From Centroscyllium fabricii (lineage: Eukaryota), in the NCBI GenBank assembly GCA_051313645.2, contig JBNRSN020000017.1:32922001-32986000 (forward strand): a stretch of DNA of 64,000 nucleotides, in the 5' to 3' direction. Under the pieces are notes generated by a model that had not been told where the DNA came from, did no database searches, and was given only the letters and a program-made list of their open reading frames with translations. The position numbers were made by a program, and so were the translations under genes. This document shows, in pieces, positions 62,708-64,000 of the stretch; the stretch's first letter is position 1; each line of letters starts with the position of its first letter.

Positions 62708-63176
62708 AACAAAATACTGCAGATGCTGGAAATCCAAAACAACAACAGAAAATGCTGGGAAAACTCAGCAGTTCAGGCAGCATCGGTGGAGAGAAACACA
62801 GAGTCAACGTTTGGGGTTGTTCCCCTTGTCGAGACTGATGAAACAGCCGAGAAGGATAGCAGAGGGTTGAGAGAACACAAAGGGACGAGAAGAGACAATG
62901 AGAGTTATTCAGAACGAGACGAGGTGGTAATAGGACAGAAGATAGCTCTAGATTAGGTGTGAAATGCGCTGGCTGAATAGGAGACAGCTGCCATGTGGGA
63001 AAGAGAAAAAAGGGAGGGGGCAGGGGAGGGCCGAGGCAAAGGTGTGGATAATGTAAAAAAAGGTAAAAATGTAAAGGGTTATGATCTGAAATTGTTGAAC
63101 TCGATATTGAGTCCGGAAGGCTGTAAAGTGCCTAATCGGAAGATGAGGTGCTGTTCCTGGAGCTTACGCTGAGCTT
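62708..63176 (-). mobile_element. Penelope-like element 3' fragment (family 2)
   Basis: AQRKLQEQHLIFRLGTLQPSGLNIEF (GIY-YIG C-terminus) followed by the family-2 terminus. Confidence 0.8.
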
Positions 63177-63575
63177 GAAATATAGACTTTGGTGGTTCAA
63201 TTCCAGACCATACCAGATATGAATTTTTCTGAGGTAAGTTTGCATTTTCATTTAAAAAAAACATTTTTTTATTGTAGAGAGGAAAATGGAGTTCGACCAA
63301 GTTTTTGTCATGGAGTTGTCAGGGAGAAACACTGTAACAATTTAAATTTGGGGCAGAATTGGCTGTTCTGTTCACTCATTCAAATTTAGTTTGTTTGGAG
63401 CAGAATTATATGATTCTGCAGAACTGAGGCAGGAGAAACTTCAGAGCAATATTCTTCTTCAATAGAAATTGGTGCTGGTCCCTTCGTAGAAATAAAAAGA
63501 TACTGGTACAACAGTAGACTGGTCAAACATCAGATCAGTCAATTAAATAAGTCTTTTAAACTTGAGAATGAACTC

Positions 63576-63838
63576 CCTCCCACAGTCCAAAGATGTGCGG
63601 GTTAGGTTGATTGGCCAGGATAAATTGACCCTTAGTGTTAGGGGGATTGAATATGTGGGGTTACGGGGATAGGGTGGGATATGTGTCGATGCAGGCTCAA
63701 TAGGGATCGAGGGATATGGGGAGAGGGCAGGGGTTGGGGTGCTGGGTTTGGATGATCAGCCATGATCTCATTGAATGGCGGAGCAGGCTCGAAGGGCCGA
63801 ATGGCCTACTCCTGCTCCTAGTTTCTATGTTTCTATGT
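63576..63838 (+). mobile_element. 5'-truncated HE1-like SINE, tail A
   Basis: Starts CCTCCCACAGTCCAAAGATG; ends in (TATGTTTC)n. Confidence 0.88.
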
Positions 63839-64000
63839 TATAATGCAATGTTACTTTAATTGTACCCAATTTATGCCTTCGCTTACAGAGAACTCTCTTT
63901 TTTCTTTATTATTAAATGATTTACAAGATTTCAATATTGAAGCGGTTCGTCAAGATTAGGAAATTAAAGTTTCCAGTTTTCTTCCCATCGGTTTATTCAG

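Overview
Vertebrate genomic DNA, almost certainly from a cartilaginous fish (HE1-type V-SINEs, a SacSINE1/DeuSINE, and shark-type CR1, Rex/Babar and Penelope elements). The only host protein-coding gene is a complete three-exon sox9 on the + strand (CDS 33600-34033, 35207-35460, 36032-36762; 472 aa). It lies in a CpG-rich, transposon-poor domain of roughly 24-39 kb. The flanks are dense, nested transposable elements, including an apparently intact full-length CR1 LINE (~48.1-52.4 kb, - strand). Two observations stand out. (1) A perfect 102-bp-arm palindrome with a 3-nt loop lies ~1 kb upstream of the sox9 ATG; it could be biological or an assembly artefact. (2) The CR1 ORF1/ORF2 junction looks like a programmed -1 ribosomal frameshift cassette: an in-frame U_UUA_AAC directly before the ORF1 stop, an ATG-less overlapping ORF2, and a G-quadruplex motif 10 nt downstream. 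Other notable items are SINE tail-swapping, hammerhead-ribozyme-like motifs in Penelope elements, NRF1-motif-carrying MITEs, and a hAT element with an 8-bp TSD inside a SINE. All family names come from recognition by eye and have not been checked against databases; TE boundaries are approximate unless a TIR or TSD is quoted.
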